A stretch of DNA of 40,270 nucleotides from a candidate division WOR-3 bacterium (GTDB lineage: Bacteria > Hydrothermota > UBA3072 > B12-G15). Shown in pieces: positions 28,252 to 37,095 of the stretch. Made by a program: the position numbers and the translations under genes. Numbering within the stretch: position 1 is the first letter of the stretch; every line of letters begins with the position of its first letter. Under the pieces are notes generated by a model that saw only the letters and a program-made list of their open reading frames with translations, had not been told where the DNA came from and searched no databases. The stretch lies in assembly GCA_965649055.1 (NCBI GenBank), contig CBFGJG010000001.1:54134-94403 (forward strand), written 5' to 3'.

Positions 28252-30576
28252 TCAGGTTAGTTTCTTAATTGATGTTGCATACCTTAAAACTTTTTCTTTT
28301 GCCTTATTAAAAACAGATTCAGGAGACAACCCGGTTAAGATTGAAATACCTTCAGTTATATCCCTAATAGCATATATATGGAACTTTTTTTCTTTTATTG
28401 CCTTTAATACACCATTTTTCAATACAAGATTCTGAATGTTTTGATATGGTATTATAACACCCTGATTTTCATTCAGACCTTTTTTTGAACAAATACTGAA
28501 GAAACCTTCAATCTTTTCATTCACACCACCTATAGGTTGTATCTCTCCTTTCTGATTGATTGAACCTGTAATAGCAATATACTGTTTTATTGGGACCTCA
28601 GCAAGTGCTGATAAAATTGCTATAAGTTCTGCAGCAGAAGCACTGTCTCCATCTATACCTGTATATGATTGTTCAAAACACAAATAAGCATTAAGCGATA
28701 GAGGGTGATTTTGTGCAAGTTTTTCCTGCAGGTATCCCGTTAGGATTATCACTCCTTTTGAATGTATCGGACCACTAAGTTCAACTTCTCTTTCAATATT
28801 CACAACACCTGTCTTTCCACAGGAAACGTTAGCTGTTATTTTTACAGGCTTTCCAAAGTTAAGGTCACCAACAGAAAAGATTTCAAGACCATTTATCTGT
28901 CCTATTTTTTCACCATCAGTATCTATCATAATCTCATTATTTTTTATCATTTCGAATATTTTCTCCTCAATAAGATTAGACCTGAAGTATTTCTTCTCTA
29001 TTGCCATATCCACATCTTCAGCAGTTATAAACTTTCCTTTCCTTTCTTTTGCATAATAGTTTGCTTCTCTTATTATATCCGCAATCTTTGTAAATTCTGT
29101 TGATACTTTGTCTCTTCTTTCAGCAATCCTCATTCCAAATTCAATTATTTTTTCGACACCGTCCTTTCTCATATTCAAAAGATTTTCGCTATCAACGACT
29201 TTTTTAATAACATAGGAATATTGCAAAGCAGAATCTTTATTCAAATCCATTGTATAATCAAAGTCAGCCCTGACCCTGAACAACTCATTGAATTCAGGGT
29301 CAACATTGTATAGAATTTCATATATCCAGGGTTCACCTATAAGTATTACTTTAACATCAATTTTTATTGGATCAGGTCTTAAACCCGTTGTTATATATAT
29401 ATTATCTTCTCTTGGCTGTATTTCAAGTTCACCAGACCTTAATGTCCTTTTTAGTTTTTCCCATAATCCTGGATGCGTTAAAAGGTCATATGCATTAATA
29501 ACAAGAAAACCACCATCTGCCTTTAAAAGTGAACCTCCCCTTATCATAGTAAAGTCAGTTTTGAATAATCCTTGAGGGTCAGAAACAGACTCTATTGTTC
29601 CAAAAAGTTTTTGAAAGGTGGGTGAGTTTTCAAAAACAATTGGGGTCGTTTTTACGTTTGAGTTATCGATTATTAAATTTACCCTGTATTTTAACGGGTA
29701 AGACAGATTTTCTTCAGATAATTTTTTAAAATCATCAACAATGTCTTTAAGAAAATCATCAAGGAATTGCTGGGTCTTCTTATCTCTATAAATATCTTTA
29801 AGGGGTTTTATCTTTGAACTTATTATTGGAAGAACGATATTCTTTATAGCATTTTCTATATCTTCAGATGCCTTTCTTGCAAGCTCATTTACATTTATTA
29901 GAACCTTCTCAAATTCAAAAGATACCTTTGAAAAATTTTCCTCAATCTTCAGATACTCTTCTTCTGTTATTTTCCCTTCAGCTCTTAATTTTTCAATTTC
30001 CGAATAATCCACAATTTGTCCCTTGTAAACCGGTTTTATTACAGGTCTAAAAAAAGATTCAATCTTTAAAAAAACGACCTTGAAACCTAAAGGCTCTGCT
30101 ATTTTTTGAAGTTCCTCAAATAATTTATTCTCATTTTTACGATATTTCTCAAGAATAATCTTTTTCAATTCAGCGACTGCTTCGGACCTTACAAAATTAA
30201 CTATAAATTCAATTGTGTTTGAAACGAGATTTTCAAAATCCTTTTTAAATTTCTTACCTTCACCTGCCTTGAATGTCAGAAGCGTGGGAATATCAGGGTT
30301 TGAAAAATTGTAGACATAGCATCTATCGTATAGTTTTGTTTTCTTTTTCATCTTGGAAAGTATATGTCTTACACTTGTGGTTCTTCCTGTTCCGGGAAGT
30401 CCTGATACGAAAAGATTATAATGTGGATGTCTGATTCCTAATGATAACTTTATAGCTTCAATTGCTTTCTGTTGACCTACAATTTCTGTTTTAAAAGAAA
30501 GTTCTTTTATAGTAGAGAAATTTATTTTTGGTGGTTTTACAACTATATCATTATAGTTTATTTCATATTTTTTCAT
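28252..30576 (-). CDS. Lon-like ATP-dependent protease (S16; AAA_32/LonB-like)
   Basis: GLPGTGRT, G.LLKADGG, GQINGL, DGDSAS (catalytic Ser) and IGGVNEKIEG (catalytic Lys). ATG 30576 preferred because the TTG 30633 extension spans the promoter. Confidence 0.9.
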   Translation of the reverse strand: MKKYEINYNDIVVKPPKINFSTIKELSFKTEIVGQQKAIEAIKLSLGIRHPHYNLFVSGLPGTGRTTSVRHILSKMKKKTKLYDRCYVYNFSNPDIPTLLTFKAGEGKKFKKDFENLVSNTIEFIVNFVRSEAVAELKKIILEKYRKNENKLFEELQKIAEPLGFKVVFLKIESFFRPVIKPVYKGQIVDYSEIEKLRAEGKITEEEYLKIEENFSKVSFEFEKVLINVNELARKASEDIENAIKNIVLPIISSKIKPLKDIYRDKKTQQFLDDFLKDIVDDFKKLSEENLSYPLKYRVNLIIDNSNVKTTPIVFENSPTFQKLFGTIESVSDPQGLFKTDFTMIRGGSLLKADGGFLVINAYDLLTHPGLWEKLKRTLRSGELEIQPREDNIYITTGLRPDPIKIDVKVILIGEPWIYEILYNVDPEFNELFRVRADFDYTMDLNKDSALQYSYVIKKVVDSENLLNMRKDGVEKIIEFGMRIAERRDKVSTEFTKIADIIREANYYAKERKGKFITAEDVDMAIEKKYFRSNLIEEKIFEMIKNNEIMIDTDGEKIGQINGLEIFSVGDLNFGKPVKITANVSCGKTGVVNIEREVELSGPIHSKGVIILTGYLQEKLAQNHPLSLNAYLCFEQSYTGIDGDSASAAELIAILSALAEVPIKQYIAITGSINQKGEIQPIGGVNEKIEGFFSICSKKGLNENQGVIIPYQNIQNLVLKNGVLKAIKEKKFHIYAIRDITEGISILTGLSPESVFNKAKEKVLRYATSIKKLT

Positions 30577-30583
30577 AATCATA

Positions 30584-30611
30584 ATTTTATAATACTTGGT
30601 TGATATGTCAA
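30584..30611 (-). promoter_or_regulatory. Promoter TTGACA-N16-TAAAAT, 7 nt before ATG 30576 (leaderless)
   Basis: Read directly from the sequence; back-to-back with the UbiA promoter. Confidence 0.7.
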
Positions 30612-30633
30612 ATTTTTTGTAAAATAATTTCAT

Positions 30634-30662
30634 TTGACTTAAATTATTTAAAAATATATAAT
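30634..30662 (+). promoter_or_regulatory. Promoter TTGACT-N17-TATAAT, 6 nt before ATG 30669 (leaderless)
   Basis: Read directly from the sequence; no SD. Confidence 0.75.
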
Positions 30663-30668
30663 ATTCAT

Positions 30669-31592
30669 ATGAAAAACAAAAACATCTTGGATTACATAAT
30701 ACTTTTAAGACCTACCCTTTTTCCCCCTTTCTGGTTAACATATCTTTTAGGAACATATTATTCAAATTCTAAATTCGGTCTTAAATCTTTTATAGGGATA
30801 GTAATTTTTACTTTTATGATGGGTGGTGTATACATAATGAACCAGCTGATTGATATGGAAAGTGATAAAATTAACAAAAAACTCTTTCTCCTTTCAGAAA
30901 ACTATATAGGGAAGAAAGAGGCAATTTATTATATGCTCATTCTTTTCTTTATTTCTTTACCATTTTCTTTTTTTATAAATAAGAATTTCGGCTTTTTCTT
31001 CCTTCTGTCTTTTATAATAGGAATTCTATATTCAGGTTATCCTTTTTCTTTTAAGGATAGACCTATTATAGATATGATATCAAACGGACTTGGATATGGG
31101 ACATTTTCTTTTCTTCTTGGATGGTCTGTTAATAAAGATGTAAGTTTAGAAGCGTATGTTAAAACAATACCTTACTTTTTGGCTGTTTCAGCTGTTTTTT
31201 TGAATTCAACAATACCAGACATAATCGGAGATAAAATCTCAGGTAAGATTACAACGGGAGTATTCCTTGGGAAGAAGAAAACACTTTTCCTTGCATTTAT
31301 ATTTGATATATTATCTGTTATTTCTTCGTTTATTCTTAAAGACAGAATATGCTTTTTTGCCTCTTTGCTTTCATTACCATTATTTTTTATTGTTTTTATA
31401 AAACCTACCAAAAAGTTTATCCTTTATTCTATAAGAGTAAATCCATTATTTTTAACAATAGGTGTTATATTCATTTATCCATTATTTATAATCCCCTTAC
31501 TTTTTGTTTATCTCTTCCAGAAGATATACTATAAGATAAGATTTAATATAAACTATCCATCAATAGAGAGTGGTTTAAATGCTAATTTTTAA
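30669..31592 (+). CDS. UbiA-family prenyltransferase
   Basis: LLRP, NQLIDMESD..NK, YS..P and DIIGD...G..T motifs; multiple TM segments. ATG 30669 preferred over TTG 30600. Confidence 0.88.
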   Translation: MKNKNILDYIILLRPTLFPPFWLTYLLGTYYSNSKFGLKSFIGIVIFTFMMGGVYIMNQLIDMESDKINKKLFLLSENYIGKKEAIYYMLILFFISLPFSFFINKNFGFFFLLSFIIGILYSGYPFSFKDRPIIDMISNGLGYGTFSFLLGWSVNKDVSLEAYVKTIPYFLAVSAVFLNSTIPDIIGDKISGKITTGVFLGKKKTLFLAFIFDILSVISSFILKDRICFFASLLSLPLFFIVFIKPTKKFILYSIRVNPLFLTIGVIFIYPLFIIPLLFVYLFQKIYYKIRFNINYPSIESGLNANF

Positions 31593-32493
31593 TCTTTTCT
31601 TTCTTACCCCATATCTTGATTCTTTGATTATTAAAGGGATTGAAAAGTCTTATACAGAAGAATTTTCAATTTCTGAATCATTATTTAATACTGTTATAAG
31701 TGAAGATAGTACCAGCCCTGCAGGATTTTTTTTTAAGTCTGCGTTGTATCAATTGAAGTATTTTGATATGGGGTATGATTCAATAAAGGATAATTTCTTT
31801 AATTTGCAAAAAAAGGGAATAGAAATAGCAAAAAGATATGTAAAGGAAAATCCGGACGATCCATGGGGTTATTTTTTCCTTGGTGGTTTTCATACATTGA
31901 ATGTATTCCTTTATGGATACAGCGAAGATTATATAAATGCATTGAAAAATCTTTTTCCCGCCTTAAATAATATAAATAAATCAATAGAAATTGATAGCAC
32001 AATTTACGATGCATATCTTGGCCTTGGTGGATACGATTATTTTAAAGGTATGCTACCGTTTATGGGAAGTGAGAAAGATAGTGCATACAAAAAAATAAGA
32101 TTATCAATTGAAAAAGGTAAATATACAAAGTATCTTTCATCTTCTGCGCTTGCAAATCTTTTTATAAGGGACAAAAAATATGAAGAGGCAAGGAAGATTA
32201 TAAGGTTATTATTGAACGAATTCCCTGATTCAAGAACATTTACATGGCATATGTTTAACTCATTCTATTATGAAGGGAATATTGATAGTTCTTATTTTTA
32301 TGCTGAAAGACTGATAGAACTTTCAGATGATAATTATTTCTGTTATATTCAGGCAGTTTATTTTGCATCCGAGATACTTTTAAAGAAAGGTGATAAGAAA
32401 AAAGTTATTCAGATTACAGAGAATATTAAAGAAGATATTTTTCCTGACTGGTATAAAAAAATTCAGAGATTAAGAAAAGAGGCATTAAAATAA
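31579..32493 (+). CDS. TPR-like helical repeat protein
   Basis: P.GFFF.S, NPDDPWGYFFLG and DAYLGLG TPR-like units. Confidence 0.7.
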   Translation: MLIFNLFFLTPYLDSLIIKGIEKSYTEEFSISESLFNTVISEDSTSPAGFFFKSALYQLKYFDMGYDSIKDNFFNLQKKGIEIAKRYVKENPDDPWGYFFLGGFHTLNVFLYGYSEDYINALKNLFPALNNINKSIEIDSTIYDAYLGLGGYDYFKGMLPFMGSEKDSAYKKIRLSIEKGKYTKYLSSSALANLFIRDKKYEEARKIIRLLLNEFPDSRTFTWHMFNSFYYEGNIDSSYFYAERLIELSDDNYFCYIQAVYFASEILLKKGDKKKVIQITENIKEDIFPDWYKKIQRLRKEALK

Positions 32494-32494
32494 T

Positions 32495-33676
32495 CTACCA
32501 GTATTTTTCAATCCTTGTATTCCTGTAATAATGCCTCAATATCTCAAAACAAGAATATCCGAGTTTTGCCATCCCTATAGCACCCCATTGACACATTCCT
32601 GCACCATGTCCATAACCTTTTCCTTTCACAATTATATAATCACCCTTTATCTGTATAGTAAAAAGTGTACTCTTCAAAGACCTACCCTCATATGGAAATA
32701 AAGATCTGATTTTGTCTCTTTCTACAAAGAATGTCCCTTTGTCTGTTCCTATTTGAACAGTCCTTACCCTGCCTGATTTCGTAAAATCAGAAATTCTTAT
32801 ATAGTTAATTTCATTAATATCTTTTTTAAAAATCTCTTTTATCCTTCTTTTTGCAGTTTCAAAAAATTCATTCTTTGTAAACCTAACTTCCCAATCAAAA
32901 TGTGGCGATTTCTTACAAAAAGGCTCATCTAATCTTCCATCATAGATACTTCTTAAATAAGGTAAAGGTCTTGTATCCCATACATCCTCATTATTTTCTG
33001 TTCTTCCTCCACAGGTTGAGGAATATCTTGCGTCAATAACCTCACCGTTATAAGTAAGGACAAGACCCCTTGTTTCATCAACTGCCCTTGTAGAAAGTTC
33101 GTATTCTGCATCTATATTTCCATAAACCTGATGTGCTTCTGTTGGAAGAAGGTCATATAATGCTGAATAGTTTAAATTTTTATATGCAAAAGTCCTTGCA
33201 GCGATTGCCTGTGATTTAAGTGCTTCATAGTATTCTGATGAAAGCCTACCCATTTCTCTTGGGACAACACCTTTAAGATATGATTCCATCGGAATGAAGT
33301 TTATAAGGTATATATTTTCATCAGATTTATAAAGACCGAATTTTCCTCTATATCCTTTTCCATTAATATATATTATTCCTTCAGAAGGTTCAAAGAACAC
33401 TGGAAACTCCACATCCTTCAATGAATTTTCTTTATCCACATATATTTTCAGTGGATTTCCAAAAACCTTTATTTCACCTTTAAAATTTCCTCTTTTGTCT
33501 TTAAATTTTATAATGGTTTCGAAATCAGATGATACAACAAAAGAATTTGGATTCTGCAAGATTAAGACCCTAACATAGGGCTCAATACCCTTTTTTGTTG
33601 TGGGTTTCTCAATCTTCTCTATTTCTTTGTAAGGAACACATGAGAAGAAAAGAATCAAAAGTATTAAAAGAATCAT
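32495..33676 (-). CDS. SpoIID/LytB-domain lytic transglycosylase lipoprotein
   Basis: YLKGVVPREM, EALKSQAIAART, QVY, STCGG, PYL and G.GHG.GMCQWGA motifs; FFSC lipobox. Confidence 0.92.
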   Translation of the reverse strand: MILLILLILFFSCVPYKEIEKIEKPTTKKGIEPYVRVLILQNPNSFVVSSDFETIIKFKDKRGNFKGEIKVFGNPLKIYVDKENSLKDVEFPVFFEPSEGIIYINGKGYRGKFGLYKSDENIYLINFIPMESYLKGVVPREMGRLSSEYYEALKSQAIAARTFAYKNLNYSALYDLLPTEAHQVYGNIDAEYELSTRAVDETRGLVLTYNGEVIDARYSSTCGGRTENNEDVWDTRPLPYLRSIYDGRLDEPFCKKSPHFDWEVRFTKNEFFETAKRRIKEIFKKDINEINYIRISDFTKSGRVRTVQIGTDKGTFFVERDKIRSLFPYEGRSLKSTLFTIQIKGDYIIVKGKGYGHGAGMCQWGAIGMAKLGYSCFEILRHYYRNTRIEKYW

Positions 33677-34104
33677 CCAACCCTCTTTAAAAATTCACGC
33701 ATAAGTTCAATATGTGTCCCTTCCCAGTATATTTTTTTACATTCCGGGCAGAAATAAAAATTATTCTGTGTATCATAAACATATTCTGGAACTTTTCCAT
33801 AAACATCTTCCTTACCTATCTTCTCTATCAATGTATTACATATACTGCATCTTGTTAATGGATTCGTTTCAGGGAAAAGGGTTAAAATAATTTGAAGCTG
33901 TTTTTCAATCTTTTCCTCTTTTATAAAAATAACATTTTTAAAATCTTTCAATCTTGAATTCCTTGTTATTATTGTTCTTCCTTCTTTCTCAGCATAAACA
34001 ATCAATTTGTTATAATCCGTCTCTTTTAAAAATTCAGTATCATAACCTAAAAGTCTCATCCACCTTGCAAGTCTTCCCAACATAAAATCGCAAACGAATT
34101 TCAT
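33673..34104 (-). CDS. Mut7-C (PIN-like) RNase domain protein, DUF82
   Basis: MKFVCDFMLGRLARWMRLLGYDT, TR, RCSICN and CPECKKIYWEGTH. ATG 34104 forms a TGATG overlap; the ORF-track extension to 34221 is spurious. Confidence 0.9.
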   Translation of the reverse strand: MKFVCDFMLGRLARWMRLLGYDTEFLKETDYNKLIVYAEKEGRTIITRNSRLKDFKNVIFIKEEKIEKQLQIILTLFPETNPLTRCSICNTLIEKIGKEDVYGKVPEYVYDTQNNFYFCPECKKIYWEGTHIELMREFLKRVG

Positions 34105-34448
34105 CAGAATATCTGGAATAGTTCCCCAAATCCTTCCCAAAAATAAAAAACTATAGCTCCAACAATCATAAAGATTATGCTCAATATAAATGAAATAGTG
34201 TAAATTATAAAGAAAATCCATAGGTTCTTGAAAAAAAAGAATGTTCTTTCATCTATATCAGGTAATTCCTTGTGCAATTTTAAAAGGTATAAACCAACAA
34301 TTATTAAGATTATTCCAGCAATAGAACCTGTGATTGTTATGATGAATAAACCACCAATCACAAAATTTAAAATTGCTAAGAATTTTACAAGACCTGAGAG
34401 TCTGTTTTTTAAGCTATAGTATTCTAATTTTTTTTCATCTATATCCAT
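34104..34448 (-). CDS. Small membrane protein (DUF5362-like)
   Basis: Three TM segments, KFLAI pattern, coupled to both neighbours. Confidence 0.6.
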   Translation of the reverse strand: MDIDEKKLEYYSLKNRLSGLVKFLAILNFVIGGLFIITITGSIAGIILIIVGLYLLKLHKELPDIDERTFFFFKNLWIFFIIYTISFILSIIFMIVGAIVFYFWEGFGELFQIF

Positions 34449-34451
34449 TTT

Positions 34452-35423
34452 TCACTCCTTTTTTCTGAAACAATCGTCTTCAAATAAAGGTGAAGTTTCA
34501 GAAAAATCCTCATAAGAAAGTTTTTTTATTAAATTAAGAGCACCTTTTTCGTTATCAATGTATGGTGGAACACAATATTCCTGTTTGAAAGATATTATCC
34601 TCCCTGATATTAATGTTCCATCATCATTCATATTCACTAAAAGGAGTGGTGCAAGACCTTGTATGCCAGAAACATTTATTCCCGCATAAGTGCAAAAATT
34701 ACCAAGACTATATGCTATAAGCCTATCTTTATAAATCTCTAAAGCCCTTGGGACATGCGGACCATGGATTACCACTAGGTCAGCACCATTATCTATCGCT
34801 GAACGGGAAAATAGAATTAGATTTCCCCTTTTTTCACCAAGGAAGTATTCCATCTCATTTTTGGTCTTTGTTGCATTTGCCCCTTCTTTCCCACCATGAA
34901 CAGAGACTATCACAATATCATATGTTCTTGAGAGGGAATTTATCTCCTTCATAGCTTCATTGATTTCAATAATTGACTTCTTACCTGAGAAAGAATAAGC
35001 AGTGATACATATTTTTATGCCCCTGATTTCAAAAGTCGCAATCTCTTCGAAAGAAGCATATTTTATACCAATTTCATCAAGAACCTTTTTTGTATCTTCA
35101 TATCCTTTTATCCCAAAATCCATTGTATGATTATTCACAATTGAAAGGACATTGAAACCAGCATCTTTTAAATTTTTAGCCAATATTTTGGGCATCCTGA
35201 ATGCAAATTTTGTCTTTTTATCTTCAATCTTTGTAGGTATTGTCCAATCAGTTATTGGACCTTCAAGATTTCCAAATACTATATCGATGTTTTCGAAAAA
35301 AGGTTTACAATTTATGAAAAGTTCTCTTCCTTCATTTTTAGGTAATATTCCACCATTACAATTACCCATCATTATATCTCCAACACCTGCAAATGTTATT
35401 ACGCCTATCAAGAATATTATCAT
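34452..35423 (-). CDS. CapA-family metallophosphoesterase-fold protein
   Basis: GDIM, NLEG, NNH.MDFG, HGG.E, HGPHV and YSLGNF motifs. Start is GTG 35426 or ATG 35423. Confidence 0.9.
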   Translation of the reverse strand: MIIFLIGVITFAGVGDIMMGNCNGGILPKNEGRELFINCKPFFENIDIVFGNLEGPITDWTIPTKIEDKKTKFAFRMPKILAKNLKDAGFNVLSIVNNHTMDFGIKGYEDTKKVLDEIGIKYASFEEIATFEIRGIKICITAYSFSGKKSIIEINEAMKEINSLSRTYDIVIVSVHGGKEGANATKTKNEMEYFLGEKRGNLILFSRSAIDNGADLVVIHGPHVPRALEIYKDRLIAYSLGNFCTYAGINVSGIQGLAPLLLVNMNDDGTLISGRIISFKQEYCVPPYIDNEKGALNLIKKLSYEDFSETSPLFEDDCFRKKE

Positions 35424-36103
35424 CACAATTTATTCTTCGTGTTTCCTTTTTTTGATAAAGGTTTAGTCTTCATATGTGCAATATATAATGGTTCTGGTAG
35501 CTTCTGTTTTCTAATAAGTTTCAAGGTTATCTCTTTTGAAGTGCTGAAATCTATTAAATGCCCCGGAGAACAGAATATTGGTTTTGAACCTACCCTTGTT
35601 CTGATAACTTCTCCCACTTTTTCATTATTATAATATAATGGCTCCCAAGCACCTTTCTCATTTTTAGGCATACGATATTCACCAACCAATGGAGTAACTG
35701 CAATTCCAAAAGTTGGTTTCTGGAAAATAACACCAATAAAACATGCTAAACCTGCCTTCATTGGGTGTGCAATTCCATGTCCATTGACTATTATACAATC
35801 GGGTTCAGTATAAATTTTTTTGAGTCCGGCAATTATTGGTGGTGCTTCCCTTAATGCGAAAAATCCGGATATGTAATCGGATTTTATTTCTGTTATTGCA
35901 AAAGATTCTTCAATCATAACAAAATCATCAATATCAAACAGGACACAGGAAGTATAAGCAGCTTCTGAATAATGAACATCACATGCAACAACGTATCTTA
36001 TTCTCTTTTTAGGCTTTGTTATCTTAACTTTTTTTCTAATAAAATTATATAATTCTTCTTTATTAGTTTCTTCATTTATTTTAACATATACACATTCTTT
36101 CAT
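35423..36103 (-). CDS. nfi: Endonuclease V homolog with atypical active site
   Basis: ACDV.Y, YISGF.ALRE.P, NGHGIAHP...GLA, KPIFCSPGH and LPEPL..AH motifs. Confidence 0.9.
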   Translation of the reverse strand: MKECVYVKINEETNKEELYNFIRKKVKITKPKKRIRYVVACDVHYSEAAYTSCVLFDIDDFVMIEESFAITEIKSDYISGFFALREAPPIIAGLKKIYTEPDCIIVNGHGIAHPMKAGLACFIGVIFQKPTFGIAVTPLVGEYRMPKNEKGAWEPLYYNNEKVGEVIRTRVGSKPIFCSPGHLIDFSTSKEITLKLIRKQKLPEPLYIAHMKTKPLSKKGNTKNKL

Positions 36104-36109
36104 ACATAA

Positions 36110-36137
36110 ATATTACAAATTTTAAAAATATTGTCAA
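36110..36137 (-). promoter_or_regulatory. Promoter TTGACA-N16-TAATAT, 6 nt before the nfi ATG (leaderless)
   Basis: Read directly from the sequence; no SD. Confidence 0.75.
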
Positions 36138-36152
36138 ATATTTCTTATTCTA

Positions 36153-36180
36153 TTGACATTTGAAAATATTTAAATATCTT
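36153..36180 (+). promoter_or_regulatory. Promoter TTGACA-N16-TATCTT upstream of the epimerase pseudogene
   Basis: Read directly from the sequence; divergent from the nfi promoter. Confidence 0.55.
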
Positions 36181-36200
36181 GATTAAAAAATGATTTTTCT

Positions 36201-37095
36201 ATGATGATTATGGTCGTAGACGGAGCAGGATTTATAGGTTCACATATTGTAGATAAACTTGTTGAAAAAAGAATTGAGTATTTCGTTATAGATAACCTTT
36301 CGGGAAAAAATAAAAAATATTAATCCGAACTATCATTTCTTCGAACAGATATTAATGATAAAGAAGGCGAAAGAATTTTTGAGATAATCAAACCTGATAT
36401 TGTTATTATCTTGATGCCCAAATATATGTTAGGAAATCTTTTAAAGACCCATTTTTTTACCCTGACGTTAATATCTCTGGAACTTTAGAGCTTCTAAATC
36501 TATCAGTAAAAAATATATTTTTATCAACAGGTGGAGCAATTTTTGCTAATAAATTAAATACTTTTGAAAAACATATCTCAACCCACTTTCACCATATGAC
36601 CTTAAAAAATTAACTTAAGAAAATTATTTCAGGATTTATAGCGAACGATTTTGGTTAAAATATACAGTTTTGAAATAGGAAAATGTTTATGGACCAAGAG
36701 AATCGCCATAAGGTGAAGCAGGTGTTTTAACAATACTTATAACAAAGTTTCTTAAAAATGAAAATCCATTTATATAGTAAAGTGAAAATGTTAAGTGATT
36801 ATATGTTTGTGAAAGATTCAGTTGAAGCAACCGTTTCAGCAATTGATAAAGTTGATAATGAAGTTGTCAATATTGGAACCGGGCAATCAATATAGGTGAA
36901 CAAACTTTACCAGAAACTAATAAAAATATTAGAATATACAAAGAAGCCATCTTTAAACCAAAAAGAAAAGGTGAGGTGAATCTTTCAGGATTGAATGTTG
37001 CTAAAGCAAAGAAGGTGTTTAATTGGGTAGGGAAAAACTATATTGAAGAAGGCTTGAAAGATAAAGTTGAATCTTTTAAGAACTCTTTTATATAA
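36201..37095 (+). pseudogene. NAD-dependent epimerase/dehydratase (GalE-like) pseudogene
   Basis: Piecewise translation gives GAGFIGSHIVDKL, IDNLS, PDIV, STGGAI, PLSPY...K, NVYGPR..*GEAGV, NIGTG and IEEGL, with several frameshifts and in-frame TAA/TAG stops. Confidence 0.92.

Noticed and set aside
30375..30400. Walker A GTGRT (Lys to Arg) in the Lon-like protease as an inactivating change
   Set aside because: Arg at this position is common in this subfamily, and the Ser-Lys dyad is intact.
36201..37095. Stop-codon reassignment or programmed frameshifting
   Set aside because: Both TAA and TAG interrupt the frame along with several frameshifts, and other genes use TAA, TAG and TGA as normal stops.
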